Shown piece by piece: positions 48,641 through 61,979 of a DNA stretch of 64,000 nt (the first letter of the stretch is position 1; each line of letters starts with the position of its first letter). The notes beneath the pieces are model-generated. The model was not told the DNA's origin. It made no database searches and saw only the letters and a program-made list of their open reading frames with translations. The stretch spans positions 62,001 to 126,000 of the forward strand of contig NW_020846013.1 in NCBI RefSeq assembly GCF_003704095.1, in the 5' to 3' direction. The position numbers were made by a program, and so were the translations under genes. The stretch is from Pocillopora damicornis. Lineage: Eukaryota.

Positions 48641-51600
48641 GAAGACGGGTTTCTGATGGATTTCCTCTCTTTAAAAGCGACTCCTGAATTTGCAAGACTC
48701 GTTTTCCTATTAAGTCTGAAAATGTAAATGTTCGTTCTGAACCCTCACTAGCCTCGTTCCATACTCTCCTATGTTTTCACCGAAAAATGTGTTTTTAGAT
48801 ATCAGAGTAGTTTTTAACTGTGTGCTGAAAGTAATCTGGAATTCCACTGGTTTTGCTTTACTTCGCTCTGAGATTGGCCCAGAGAACCCGCTCTAATCTC
48901 TTAACCAATCATATGTAAAAGTAAGACCAATCACGATGGGGTCACCCAGGTTTTCCCACGATTTAGGCAAATTTTTTGTTATTTATTGTAAAGCGCTCTA
49001 CTTTTTAATTAGTAAAATTTGGGGTACGCTAATTAAGAGCGTATTGCCCTGATTAAGGAAACCATCACCGATGTCCGACGAGGAAAGATGCCGGTATTCG
49101 TCAGGCTTAACTTTGATAAGAGTCTGATAATAGGAAACCAATAAACAATGTAGACATGAAGGACACAAACACACACACACACATAAACTTTTCGTTTCAG
49201 AATCAAAATGATTTTAAACTTTTGAATTGAAACAGGAATTGATTCAATGTTTACTGAACATTTTCGCAATCTGGCTATTAAATTGTTGTCATTTTGAGCA
49301 ATAGACCCCACTTGCTATCGTTTATGGGCATTATAACCCAACTGTATATAAAACCCACTCGTATATCACTCGCCTCTGGTGTCTGGCAGGTGCAAAAATT
49401 CACAGACATTTGCACCTGTCTAATTTTTCGGCCACAACACAGAAATCTAAAAAACAAAAACAAAGTGAAAAATTTGCATTGAAAGATGACTCCATATCTT
49501 GACCTACACATGGAAGCCAGCAAAGTGCGTTCCTAAGCCAATCAAAGGGCGCGTTTGTTGTTCTTTCCGAAATTTTACCGCGAAAACACGTGGTGGTGTT
49601 AGAAGATGTGGGTTAATTCGATTAAGCAAATATAGGAAAAGTTCTTGGATGTAATTAAAAACACAAGACAGTAATAAATGATGGAGGAGATTGAAGAGGA
49701 TCACATTCAAATGTGCTTTTAATGTAAATGTGTTTTAGAACAATAGAAATTCACCTATTGCCATAGAATGGCCAAAATTTCAACCGTTGGCCGTAAAATG
49801 GTCAAAATATTTACTCTTGCCGGTTCCGAATGATGTGAAATACGACCGGTCCATCGATATGCAAGGTGAAGGTAAAAACGATCGAGGACAAGTACATGTT
49901 AACACGATTTCTTGTATCTTCGTTCAGCTAAACTCAGAAATGGTATTTTTTCATTCATGCACGTCTATGAAATTTCCAACAATAGAAATACAATACGTAA
50001 CGAACTAGAAACTAATTACACCACAAAAGTGGAAATAATTATCAATTTGTAGTTTCACACATATATTACACAAATATGCCATGTACCCAAATGTCCCAAA
50101 TCCCGATAGCCCGCAGTAAGGCTTCGTAATAGGTTTGTATAAATACTGGGCAACTTAATATTGGCCAAATTTTTCTTAGCGTTTTTAGGGACTGAGACCA
50201 AGTCGAGGTCTATAAGAACGCAAAAAAGGACAAGGCTAATATCCAGCCATCTTGGTCAATAAAGGATTTATTACATAGCTAAAAAGACTTAGCTTAAAAA
50301 TAATCAAGAATGACTTGAAAGACTGTAATGTCTATGGGGGGCATTAAAATGTCTTCAGATTACTCAGGGCATGGAAATGAAGCTCTGTAATTTATTCGCG
50401 TCAAGATAAGGGACAGGGGATGGAAGTCAATGGTCCATTTTACAGTTGTGTGCTTGGTTGCCAAGCCTTTGAACAGGAATGAGGCTNNNNNNNNNNNNNN
50501 NNNNNNNNNNNNNNNNNNNNNNNNNNNNNNNNNNNNNNNNNNNNNNNNNNNNNNNNNNNNNNNNNNNNNNNNNNNNNNNNNNNNNNTGGCCCCATGGGCC
50601 ACTTGGGCCTGTATAAAGTCTTTACTTTTTTTTACTTCCTTATCTTTAATCACAGTTCTGACAAATTTACCACATACATTTGTGTTGCCCTGTCCTGATT
50701 GCATCACACTCATGACTGGTAAATGGGAATCCAATTTTGATGCAATTTATTTCAATGCTTATATGACCACAGACCTAATTTGATTTAAGTCAGTTCTACT
50801 TTAATTACAAATCTCTTAATGATGAGCCCTCCTAGAGGCATAGAATCCACAAATTTTCATCTAAAAGACTCATTTTCAGTCTCCAAAATAAGTCCCTAAG
50901 CAAGTTCCTTTAATCCTTTAACTCCCTAAGAGTGACTGGCATCTATTTTCTCCTTACAGTTTCACCCTTAAATCAAATTTAAAGGTTATGAGAATAAAGG
51001 AAATGATCCCAAATTTAGAAGCTCTTGATTGTCAAACAAATTCTCCTTTTCAATACCAGAAGAAATGTAAAGAGAACAGTGAGGAGAATTTTAACATTAA
51101 TGTTTGGGTGTTAAGGATTAAAAGGGTTATCAACTCATCTAAAGTAGACATTTCCATTACTTCAATATTTTGTTTGACAAGTGGTCAATTAAGAGCAAAG
51201 TAATATTACTGAGATGAAACACTATACATAAAAGAAAAACGAGACATCCACCAAACATTCCACTATAATTAATAAATTATTTACTTATCTTTTATTATAT
51301 TAGGGATCCATTTAAAACTTTGTGTTCACAGTATAAGTTAATCTATTTACAATCTCTAAATGGAACGACATCCAAGTGAAAGGGAGCTGAAAAAAACCAT
51401 CACGCGTTTAAAACCAGTGTCTGTTTCAATCTAATTACAATCTGGGCATGATGTCGAAACTGTACAATAATTAACATTTTTTCATAAATAAAACTATATC
51501 TTTAATGGTAAGAGATTCCACTGACTTTGTACGGCGTTAAGACTTAATTAATCTAGTGGAAATAACTCCGGAAGAACACGAAAACTAAACGAATGTCACC

Positions 51601-52121
51601 GTCAACCATTTCGTGTCACCCGTGTACATTTCACCGAGAATCTAAACCAACCTAAAACAATAACTTAGCGAATACCTTGTCAGTTTCTTTCCTCTTTTTG
51701 GCGAATGCCGCGAAACACGGTCAAGTTCTCCATCTTCAGTTTTAGAGTCTGATGAATGCTCTGATCAGACAAAAGGGAAATGCGCTGTCCAACCAAAGAA
51801 GCGACGAAGGAAATCATTAACGAGTCAAGTGATCGAACTATTTGAAATCTGATTACCCCTTTCTCACCGCATATTCCCTAAGGATCGTGACTCGAAAGCT
51901 AAAATCCGCTGGTTTCTCTTTTCTTCGATGAGGAATTGATCAGTACGGCTGGAAAGTCTCATCAATAATACTAAAAAAAATGATGAATAAAGGATGTAAC
52001 CCATTTAAGGCGACAGCTGTTTCGTGTCTTGAAGACGACGGTGAGTCCCAGTGGGAAAAGAAATGTTCACGAAATATGTCAACTTTCGCCACCACAATTT
52101 TTTCACACAACTTCCTTATTT

Positions 52122-52802
52122 TCACGCCATATTTTCAAGTTCCTGTGGTAAAGAATGCTTTGGCCCGGTCGGATGTTGCGTTGCTACGTGGTGTCGAAGG
52201 CCACTTGGGCTTTTGTAGCTTTTCCCACAATGGCATTTAAAAGCTTTCAGCTTCGGCCTGCTCGAGTCTTTTCTGTGACCATACTTGGCATGGTATTTTA
52301 TTCCGTTGACATTCTTGTATCGTTTTCCGCACCCAGGAACTGGGCAAATATATCGCTTGCCTTCGCCATCATCCGTTGCCACGGCGTTCAATACCAGGTC
52401 GCTGGCAAAACTATCAGAAGTCCAAGAATCGTCGCTATTGTCACTCATATTGCCATCTTCCTCTCCCCCATCAAGCGTATCTGGTGTATTCAATGTCGGA
52501 ATAGATATTTTAGGAGGGGTTACCCGCTTCTTTTTTAAAACATTGTGTTCTGGGCTTGGCGTGGCTGATTCCGTGGCGGACAAAACAGGGTCCTTCTGTT
52601 TAGCATTGCGTGCTGCATCGGTGAAGAAGCAATTGATATACGATAAAGGTAGCGCCGGTGGCTGGGCAGCCTCTTGTTTCTCGAGAACTCTTGGATCTTT
52701 CTCGATATGGACGACTTCGATATGGTCGATTAGATCTAACAAGGAAGTGCACTGCTTACCACAACCGTGCCATAAGCAAGAGTATCGATAAAAGGCAGCC
52801 AT
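52122..52802 (-). CDS. JAZF1: JAZF1 (juxtaposed with another zinc finger 1), intronless CDS
   Basis: N-terminal C2H2 finger CLWHGCG..LIDHIEVVHIEKDPRVLEKQE, LSYINCFFTDAAR, SDDSWT, CPVPGCGKRYKNVNGIKYHAKYGH and FKCHCGKSYK are all JAZF1 hallmarks. Confidence 0.95.
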   Translation of the reverse strand: MAAFYRYSCLWHGCGKQCTSLLDLIDHIEVVHIEKDPRVLEKQEAAQPPALPLSYINCFFTDAARNAKQKDPVLSATESATPSPEHNVLKKKRVTPPKISIPTLNTPDTLDGGEEDGNMSDNSDDSWTSDSFASDLVLNAVATDDGEGKRYICPVPGCGKRYKNVNGIKYHAKYGHRKDSSRPKLKAFKCHCGKSYKSPSGLRHHVATQHPTGPKHSLPQELENMA

Positions 52803-54076
52803 TTTTCGCAGCTTGCCTCTGTTTCGATAGGTCGCGCCATTACATCATCGCGAAGCTTTTCAAACTTTTGACGTCACTGCAGCTATATTGCGCAAATCAT
52901 GTTTACTCCAGATGGTTCTCGAAACACGTGGGGCGCACGAGGCGAAAAGCAAAACTCATTATAACAGGTGTATTTGGGGCTGCATATTATCAGTAAACAA
53001 AAGATCGTGACATAATTTGCCATCACACAACTTTCTAGTTTCATGGCTTTTCCTTAATGAAACTTTCACGTAAACACCAGTTAGGACTTAAGCCTATAAT
53101 TTAGGGAGCTGTAACTTTTCACAATCAGAGAAGTAAGTTAAATCACTGAAATCTTCAAGTAAAAACTTCCAAAGATGACATAAAGTAAAGAGAAAAGCCC
53201 AAATCAGTCACCTAAATTTGAATTTAATTATCTGCCCTCAACAGGTGGCATGTCCTTCCGTAATTAGGAACAAGTTTAAAGAATTTTATATTCCTTAAAC
53301 ATCATATGGAAACTCAAAGTACGATGAAAATTTTTCATTTTGAAGGAAATAAAGTTGAAATAAAACAACAGGAAAGTCAAGTTATCAGGCAATGTTTACA
53401 CAATTTCCATATGGCATATATTGTTTGTTGTGTTCTTGAGGAAGGCACTTATCCCTTAATAGGCCTCTCTCCCCTCAGGAGAATAAATGAGTACCAGTGA
53501 ACTGTCAGGGGGAACTAGACAAACTGCTGGGGGGGAGGAGGGGGGGAGGTGTAACTTGCCATGGACTAACTTCCCATCCAGAGGGGAGTAACTATACATT
53601 TTCAAGCTATGAAAGCTTGGAAAAGCCACGGTAGCTGTGAGAGTTGTGTTGTTAAACAGACCTCTTCTCACTTTGTTTGAAGTCATGTTGAGCAACAAGG
53701 CCATTTAAAAATTTGAAACCTGATTGAAAGCCTGCATTCAAGCCAGGTGATGAACCCTGCCAGAGTTTATCCTAGTTTTCACAGCATGAAGTGACCTAAC
53801 CCCAGTTTAGTGATAAGCCACAATAAATTTTTCATCCAGCTTTCTTTATTCCTTTGTTCAAAAGCCATTGGGAAAATCACTTAAAATTTATGCCTGTTCT
53901 GCGGGCTAAAATAATTCAGGGAAGTCAACCTAGGACCAGTAGTTAGTGCTGGTCATAAGTAAAACTTGAACAACCCATACAGTACCAAACTATCAATTTT
54001 TTAAAAAATATATTTTTGCTGCTATTAACAACAATATAACTGGGATTTCAGCCTGTCAGAGTGAAATTAAATAATT

Positions 54077-54530
54077 TTATACTCCTTTGAGTGACAAAAC
54101 AGAATTATTCTTAAAAGAAATCTTCCATATACATGCCATGTTGTGTACTTCTTTGAGTGACAAAACAGAATAATTGCTACAAGAAATCTTGAATGGACCA
54201 TCTATATTTTGTACTTCTTTAAGTGACAAAATAGAATTATTATTAAAGGAAATCTTTGACATACATGCTGTTATGTACTTCTTTGAGTGACAAAACAGAA
54301 TAATTGCTTTCAGAAATATTTGATAGACCATCTGTGTATTGTACTCCTTTGAGTGACAAGACAGAATTATTACTAAAAGAAATCTTTGACAGACATCTCA
54401 TGTTTTGTAATTCTTTCAGTGACAAAACAGAATTACTGCCAAGCAAAATCTCTGATAGGCTATCCATGTTCTGTACTTCTTTCAGAGACAAAACAGAATT
54501 ATCAATATACGAAATCTATCATAGACATCT
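54077..54530 (-). repeat. 66-bp minisatellite, about 7 copies, reading as degenerate 22-aa LRRs
   Basis: The core g(t/a)gacaa recurs at 54091, 54157, 54223, 54287, 54353, 54419 and 54485 (period 66, once 64). Confidence 0.9.
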
Positions 54531-55581
54531 CATGGTTTTGTACGACTGAGTATTATTGTGTGCCAAAATTTAACTCAGTTGAACTCTGCACCATAAACAC
54601 TAAATAATGAAACATTACAGCTGACAGCATGTCTACTGGACAAATGCCATCTCTGCTGCTCTTCACCAAATTTTTTATCAACTATCAGCCCCAGCTTGGA
54701 GTGCTGAAAGCTACTTTAAGGGCAGGTTCCAACTTGGCCCCAGCATCAGTATTCATGAGTTTTTGCTATGGCTCTGTACTCCTATTGTTCACCCTGAATG
54801 GATCTCTATCATCTTGATTATGTATTAGTTAATTAATGTACTAGTTAGCAGGGTCTGAAGTCACTTTTGTACCAGGACGCCAAGTGTTGATTAAACATTT
54901 TTGTTTCAATCGCCAAATGCTATTGTTTGGTCACAAAAAGATGTGATTTGTAAAGGTTCCACAAAACAGAAAAATAAAAGTGTTGAAGTCTTAGAAATGC
55001 TTTTGTGCTTAAAACATAACAATTCCTTTTCATCATCAGTTGACTGGATCAAATGCAACAAATCAAAATTACAAATGCTTTGTACCTTAAACACTGTTTT
55101 TCATTAACAACATTTGCGAGACTTACGGCTTGTTGCATGCAGGTGCCTAGCCTTGAAAATTCCGGTCACCAATAACCCATTTTCAGTCACATAAATTTCA
55201 GACCCTGCCAAGCCTATCACTGTAGTGAGAATTCACTGCACAAAAGATCTCTCGGGTTTTCAATGAACTTTTCAAGCTTTAACCCCTAAGAGTGATTGTC
55301 TTCTAATTTCTCCTCACATCACCACCTTTCCATCACACCTTAAAGTCATGCTAATAAAGGAAATGATCACCAACTAAAGAAGTGCTTGATTGTTAAACAA
55401 ATTCTCCTTGTCAACACCTTGGGAAATGTACAGAGAACAGTGTGGAGAATATGCATACTGATGTTAGGGTGTAAAGGGTTTCACAGCTAGTTACTTCACA
55501 GCTAGTTACTTCCAGCAAGCTTGATCATAGGTCAGGTCAACTACCATTGTATGTAGCTGAATACAGCACATCTTTACTTCT

Positions 55582-56673
55582 CTATGCATTAGTTACCAGA
55601 CCTCCATTTTCAGGATCTGCTTCAAAGTAAATCTTTCTGAATTTTCTTGCTGCCAGGAATGTGAACAAGCCCCACTTGAAAGTCATAAAGTTCCACACAC
55701 ACACTATGAAGTTCCCTGTGATAACAACTCCTGTGAAAAAGAGAATCATGAATCAGTTATCAGTTGATCATCATTATCACCTGGAGGAGGTATGTGATAA
55801 TTGTCAAGAAATTTGACCAATTCCTTTTTCTTTTCTTTATTTCAGATCTTAAAGAATGTTCAACAAGTGTAAATTGTCAGCTAACATTTCAAAGTCATCC
55901 AACCCCCCATTGGGTGCAACAGGAAGATCATTACCTAAGTTTAAAGTACGGGAAAAGTGCTTTGTTCAGGAGCGCTTGAGTACAGTAACCCTCCTGTGTG
56001 TTTGCGAACAAATACTTTTTATGTCACTGTTGTTAGTCAAGTAATGTGAGTAAGGACCCACCACAGGCAAAATGCAATAAAGGAAGAGGAAAGAGAAAGG
56101 GCGGTAGTTATTTAATAAAGTACTTATTGAACGAGTTATTTTCGGACTTAACGTGAAGATAGCATGACCTCGTGCCGAATAAAACACCGTTCGGCCCGCC
56201 TATTCATTCAATAATGTTAGCGTTGCATCATAAATAAAAAACATGGAGTAAATGCTGAACAAACTGGCGCTAATCAAAAATGAGAAAAATCAAGCACCTC
56301 TAAAACTTGTTTAAAACATGTACAGTACACACTAACCTGTTTCATGCCTTGCTATTCCAAAGGCAATGTTTATTATGAAGGCGATTATTCCAGAAATCAT
56401 GCCACCCAAACCGATGTTCAAAAAAATGGTAAATTTTGTCACTGAAAAGAGCCTATTGACATCGCGATATACAGCAACGATGAGGTGTAGGAAAATACTC
56501 GCAAATATTGCTGACACACCGGCCCAGCTAGCCGCGTTGTAATTGTGGTAAATCGCAGCAAAGACTACGCATCCAGCAATTCCAACGAGAATACCAATAA
56601 CTGCTCCAATTATCCGTAAAACTGTCTTGTACTTCTTGTATCCTATCGATACTCGCGTTCGAGTTTCACCCAT
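55582..56673 (-). CDS. SLC48A1: Heme transporter HRG1/SLC48A1-like, copy a
   Basis: Two exons, 56673-56337 and 55730-55582; four TM segments; CVWNFMTFKWGLFTFLAARKF resembles the HRG1 VWSFISFKW..YAHRY/FARKY region. Confidence 0.85.
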
Positions 56674-57844
56674 AGCGTCTTGAAGGGGCAAGTCAATGCT
56701 CACTGTCTCGTGCAAAACACTCGTTCGAAATATATTTGCGCAATTACCACAAGGCGTAAGTATTACCCATGTGCCTCTTCGCACCATGGGAAGGGTAACG
56801 CTTGTCATGCAACATTTCAACGCGTGACGCGTTTGCTCTTCAGCGAAAAAAAAACCAAAACAAAACAAAACCATGCAACACGCGTCAAAGGGATTGCCAC
56901 ATCAAAAAGTACATAACTTGCTTTGGATCGAAAAAACTGGGGGGGGGGGGGGGGAGTTAGGTGATCTTGGGTCGGGTAAGACTGTGCAAGAAAAAAGAGA
57001 GAATGGTTTGGCAAGAAAGTAAGAGTAATCTAAGACAGAGCGTTTTGTGTGATAAGCCGAAGTTGAAAGGTCTATTAAGCCTTGGCGGGGGAGGGAGGGG
57101 GGCTCATTAATTAAATATTTCTTGAACTACCCAGCGGATGGATGGTCAGGGAAGGGTAGCTTCGTGTGCGCCGGAATGCGAAATCTTGATTTCTTTTAAG
57201 TCAAATCAAGGCATCCTCAACCTAAATGGATAAGAATCGCAAGGTAACGTATGTGTTTTCAGATGAACAACTTCTTTTCTATAATTTTCAATATTCAGTC
57301 AAAGGTTGATTGTTCGGTGATGTAATGTTTCAGCAAAAAGTAGAAGGCAATGACTCGCTCATCAATTTTCCAAAACTTCAGAATCAGGAAAAAAAATAAA
57401 ATGGAAATAGTTACAATCCTTGTTTATTTGGGTAATATAAAAAGCAAACCTAGGTTGACTTTTGTGGAATCGTTTTGAGCAACTTTAAGATATTTAAGCA
57501 ACTTTCTCTTTGAAGAATTTTGAGTTTCGAACCCCTTCCCAAAATTTTGGGTCTGCCCTTAACGTTAGAAAATTATACACCACGTATACAACCGCAATTT
57601 TTTACAGCCGATTGCCGCTAAATAATTACTGAATCAAATTTTACCAGAATTCCTCTCTGAATCCTCTACCACAATTAATACGTAAAACCTATGCAACCTT
57701 GAAGTCCTCTACGCAAAAGTTGAATAACTCTTAACTGTACTTGTCTGTACGTAACGATCCACTGACTTATACAGTTTAGTATATACAAAAGCATGCAAAC
57801 ATTTCAGCCTGATTCTCTGTGTTTGCATAAAAATTCGTCAGCCT

Positions 57845-59552
57845 TTAGACTTGATTCGTACTTTGCACCAAACAAGGAGAAGATTCAAGGTACTCTTTTT
57901 TAAACTTCCTTGCGGACATGAAGATGAAGAAACCCCAGCCTAAAGACTTAATAGTCCAAATACACACCACCAGGTAGCCGTCGGCAGTTATTTCTGTAAA
58001 GATTATAAACGTATTCATATTTTAAAGTGAATATATGGGAGGTTTTAGTCGAGTAAAAAGCAGGTTAATTCTGTACTCGACCCAAGCGACCCATCCAACC
58101 GGAGCATATTTCGATTTCTATAGCAAGTTTTACTCCCCTCTGGATGGGATGGAAGTCTATCACAAGGTTACCCCACCAGCGCTATATCAGGCCTCCCTGG
58201 CAATCCGCCTGTAACTGTACCCATTTATACTCCTGGGTGGAGAGAGACGCATTGTGGGAATAAAGTAATATTTCTATTACTCTCGACCCAGAGCTCAGCG
58301 TGCTAACAATTGGGAACCGCGTCTCCCAACGGCTTAGTGGTACCCCCCTGTACTAAACGGGCGCTCAGACAGGTTACCATTCCCAGCATGCGATATTTAC
58401 CCTTTATTGGCGTAGATGGAAACATGGTGCACACAAGTAGTGAAAAGGTCCATAAACAACACGCGAAAAAGGTTCTCCTCTGTGATCTTGAAAGAATACG
58501 TTAGCAGGGGAATGGCTTCCTTTGTAAACACATAATTGACATGCACTAAACTGTCATCAAAAGTTTACTTAATAAAGCTCACTGCTCTTGAAAGTCAAAG
58601 TATTTGAATAAATTCCCTTGGCTGTTAAGTGCAACGTTCTGCTGCTCGAGAAGCCTAAAATTGCCTAAAACACAACTGGATGCAAGAGAAAGTACTTTCT
58701 TATTCGAACTTCCTTCGCCTTCTCAGGTGACGGGTTTTATTTGTTCAAGTGAAAACAAGTTTTCTGAAAGAAAGATGATTTTACATCATGTCACGAGCGG
58801 GGAACAGAGAAAAAATTCTGCATGATTCCCCATGAGGAATCGAACATCAGACTACTGGTTTTCGCAGCGTATGAGTAAGCCTTCATTAATAGCGCTTCAG
58901 GACGCGCGTTTCTCATGCAGTCCGATGGAATATTTGAGACGAGTTCGGTAAAGGTTTGCTCGGGATTTGGCACATTTTTTAAAAGCAGATACCTTGCAAA
59001 ACCTCACGCCGGCTCGGGTTGCTCAAGACCGCAAACGAACTGAACCGCTTGTGGTAAGGTGCTCAAATGTAATGAGGGACTTTTGTACTTACAGGCTGCG
59101 GTTTCCGCGCCCCATTACTCTACCAATGAGCGTCTCGAGTACTGCAAGGACCAGCAATGTCGATAGCGTCGTGTGAGTAAATATATTCAATTGCTCTTTT
59201 ATCAGTCTGTCTTACCTTTTTCGTTATGCTTCACCCCGAGCTCAATGTAAGTGATAGTTGCAGCCAATCCAGCCACCAAAGCGAATATACCAGCACACAT
59301 GTATAACGTAAATGTTTCCCTTGTAATGAGTCTTTCGTGATCGCGTCGAACAGAAAAATTAATGCGGAGGAACAAAATAGCAAAGACTGCCGAAATGGCG
59401 GCCCATGTTGCAGCGTTGTAGTTTTGGTAAACTTTCACGTAGGCTACGCAGCCAGAGATTCCTGCGATCGCACCAGCGAAGGCTGCAATGATTCGTGTTA
59501 TCAGTTTGTACTTTTGGTAAGCTGCCCATGCTCGCTTTAACTTATTGCTCAT
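57845..59552 (-). CDS. Heme transporter HRG1/SLC48A1-like, copy b (divergent)
   Basis: Two exons, 59552-59216 (alternative ATG 59603) and 57993-57845; same intron position and phase as copy a; shared YxKYK, NYNAAxWA and ARKF motifs. Confidence 0.8.
58080..58330. mobile_element. SINE-like dispersed repeat in the HRG1b intron
   Basis: actcccctctggatgggatg..acccatttatactcctgggtggagagag; related pieces at about 20270-20340, 25800-25930, 28380-28460 and 53450-53600. Confidence 0.5.
58786..58870 (-). mobile_element. tRNA-derived SINE head fragment
   Basis: aaaaaattct..ccccatgaggaatcgaac (B-box gttcgattcc on the - strand); similar fragments at 46571-46632 and 62481-62575. Confidence 0.55.
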
Positions 59553-60439
59553 TGCTACGCGTAGCTGGAAGTGAAGCGAGTCTTGTTTGGTTATCCTTGG
59601 CATCTGATACGGTCAGCTAGGCCGGGAGCTAATTAGTCACGCGATCATACGTGACGTACTCAACAGTAGCCACGTGACGATGTAGACAAACGCTTCACGG
59701 TAGCAATCATGAAAAGAGTTGGCTAAATTTTTCAGCTTCGCGGTTTGCAATCCGCCATAAACTTCTCCAACAAACATTGACATCACCCCAAAGGCGGCCT
59801 AAGCTCCGGCAGTGAGATAATCACCTTACGAAATAAGAGTTAGGGCGAAATTATAAGAGTTTGTAGGGGAATATTTACGACCGCCTTTAGGAATAAAAAA
59901 ATACGGTCAAATTCTCAATAAAAAATGCCTCACCTTACTTTCACAGCGCATCACTTGTTATCTGACCCCTTAATATGTTGAAAAGAATCCATTTTAGCGA
60001 GCTATCCATTTCTAGGTTTACTACGTACATAATCGGTGTAGAAGTAATTTCATAAAATTTGATCTCAATATTTAAGAAAGCCTCTTCACGGATCGTCTAT
60101 TTTCTCTTTAATCATAACCATTACAATCTGCTTTATTTTTCACCAATCATTCTGAACAATTGTAATCGGACAGTGTAATCAGACAGTTGGCTGTAATCGG
60201 ACAGTTGAAACAGCCAATCATGCTAAGTCCACTCAGCTAAATCCACTAATCACAAAATTGGTAACAATAACCATAACAATAAGTACTTATCCTGAAAAAG
60301 AAAAACTGGGGAATTTCCAAAATGAAGGATTTTTTTTTATTTTAGACATTGTCTCTACTGGAGATGTTTGTCCTAAATGTTTTTGGTTTTTTTTCGGAAA
60401 TTATGACAGTTATGATTATTTGGTAACAGGACTTCGAGT

Positions 60440-60542
60440 CGTCCAATTCTGTCTGTTATCATACTCGTGATTGACAATTCGGACTCCCGCTTCGCAGTTG
60501 TCCGATTTTGTTCATTAGTATGATTACAGACCGAATTGGACT
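60440..60542. repeat. Imperfect palindromic dispersed repeat
   Basis: gtccaattctgtctgttatcatact ... agtatgattacagaccgaattggac. Confidence 0.65.
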
Positions 60543-61979
60543 CCGCTTAGTGACGCGTTCTTCATGTGAATTATTAACAAGTGACAACATGATTTCTCGT
60601 GCACTTTGGTGTAAATAAGTACTTGTAAATTTTTCAAAGACTACTTTATCTTTGAAAAATGTAGTCGTACTTATTAACACCAAATTATATTCGAAGTCAT
60701 GTTGTTCCTTACACTAATCTACCATATCACTATATGACGATTACACTAAGCACTTTTTAGGGATAAGTCTAACGCTGACCAAACGTGTGCTCTCACATTT
60801 ACGGTTCGTTTCATCCGTTCTGGGTTTTTTCGTTTAGTGATTTGAAAGTAACAAATGTGACTTTGAAAAATATGGCCATGATATAAAACCCTCGATTGTT
60901 GCTGCTGGACACAGCCTTTCCTGTAAGTATATGCGCAATCTAGAGTGAAATCTTGTGACTTGAGTTGCCTCACGGTGAAATACACAAGATGGCTGTATGA
61001 GCGTTCATCTCAGATTGAAAATGCATATATTTGATGGATCATGCTACATTTGTTGCTCTCGTACTGTAGCAAGGTTCAAGAGGCCTTCTTCTCTCAAAGT
61101 CTCGATTGCATGGATAATGCTCATTAAAAAATTTACTTAATCCAGCTAGTCAGTTATAAAATTATTTGCACGTGCAAATCCATATAGAGAGGGATCATGA
61201 CAGCCAAGGTGAAATTAGTTGACCTATATTTTCAATTTCGTGTCGAAAACAATCTGGATTTAGTTTGGTTTTGTTTTCATACTCTTTAATTGGTCAAGAA
61301 ATTTGGTCCACTCTCTTATAGAAACATCAAAACTTAATCCAATTAAATCTCGGTTACTTGGATGGTATTGTTGTCTGTGCGTTATGAGTGGCCAATTTAG
61401 TGGTCTGTATTTCGCTGTACAGTCCGCTAAATTCAAAAGTTTGTTTCAACCTAGAGATATGATAAACATCATACTAACTTTGTTTTCTCATTTTTTCTCT
61501 GACCATGTTTTGTTTTGGAATATTTTACTTTTCCAGAACCTCCTTCCTCTGCCAAACTCAACTTTAGTTTTCCTTGGTGGCTCACTTAATGACAAATGGG
61601 TAGAGATAGCAGGTTTGTGAACAAAAACTCATTGCATGCTAGCCTTTGTCTAAAGATTATTTTACCATAACTGTAAAAATTCTTGTTTTCTCATTGGCTG
61701 TGAGCCACTGTCAATAAGGTTTTAGATCATAAAAATGACATAACTTGCAACGCAGTGCTCAGTTTTCCTCGCCATGTTGGAGAAAAAATTTCTCTCATTA
61801 AAACAATTGCTAAATATGAGGTATGGACAGTGATGCAGGTTGACCAATATATCATTTGAAGTTGCAGTTTATTGTGGAAGACAATCAGACTTATCACATT
61901 TATAGTGAATGATTAGTTTTGCTTCAGACTTTAACAGCTTTGATGAACATGAAGATATAATTTCCTGTGTTTTGAATAG

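Noticed and set aside
54077-54530. CRISPR array
   Set aside because: The context is eukaryotic, the inter-core segments are homologous to each other rather than unique spacers, and there are no cas genes.
58786-58870. tRNA gene
   Set aside because: Only a B-box-like arm is present with no full cloverleaf, and it recurs as a degenerate dispersed repeat, so it is treated as a SINE head.
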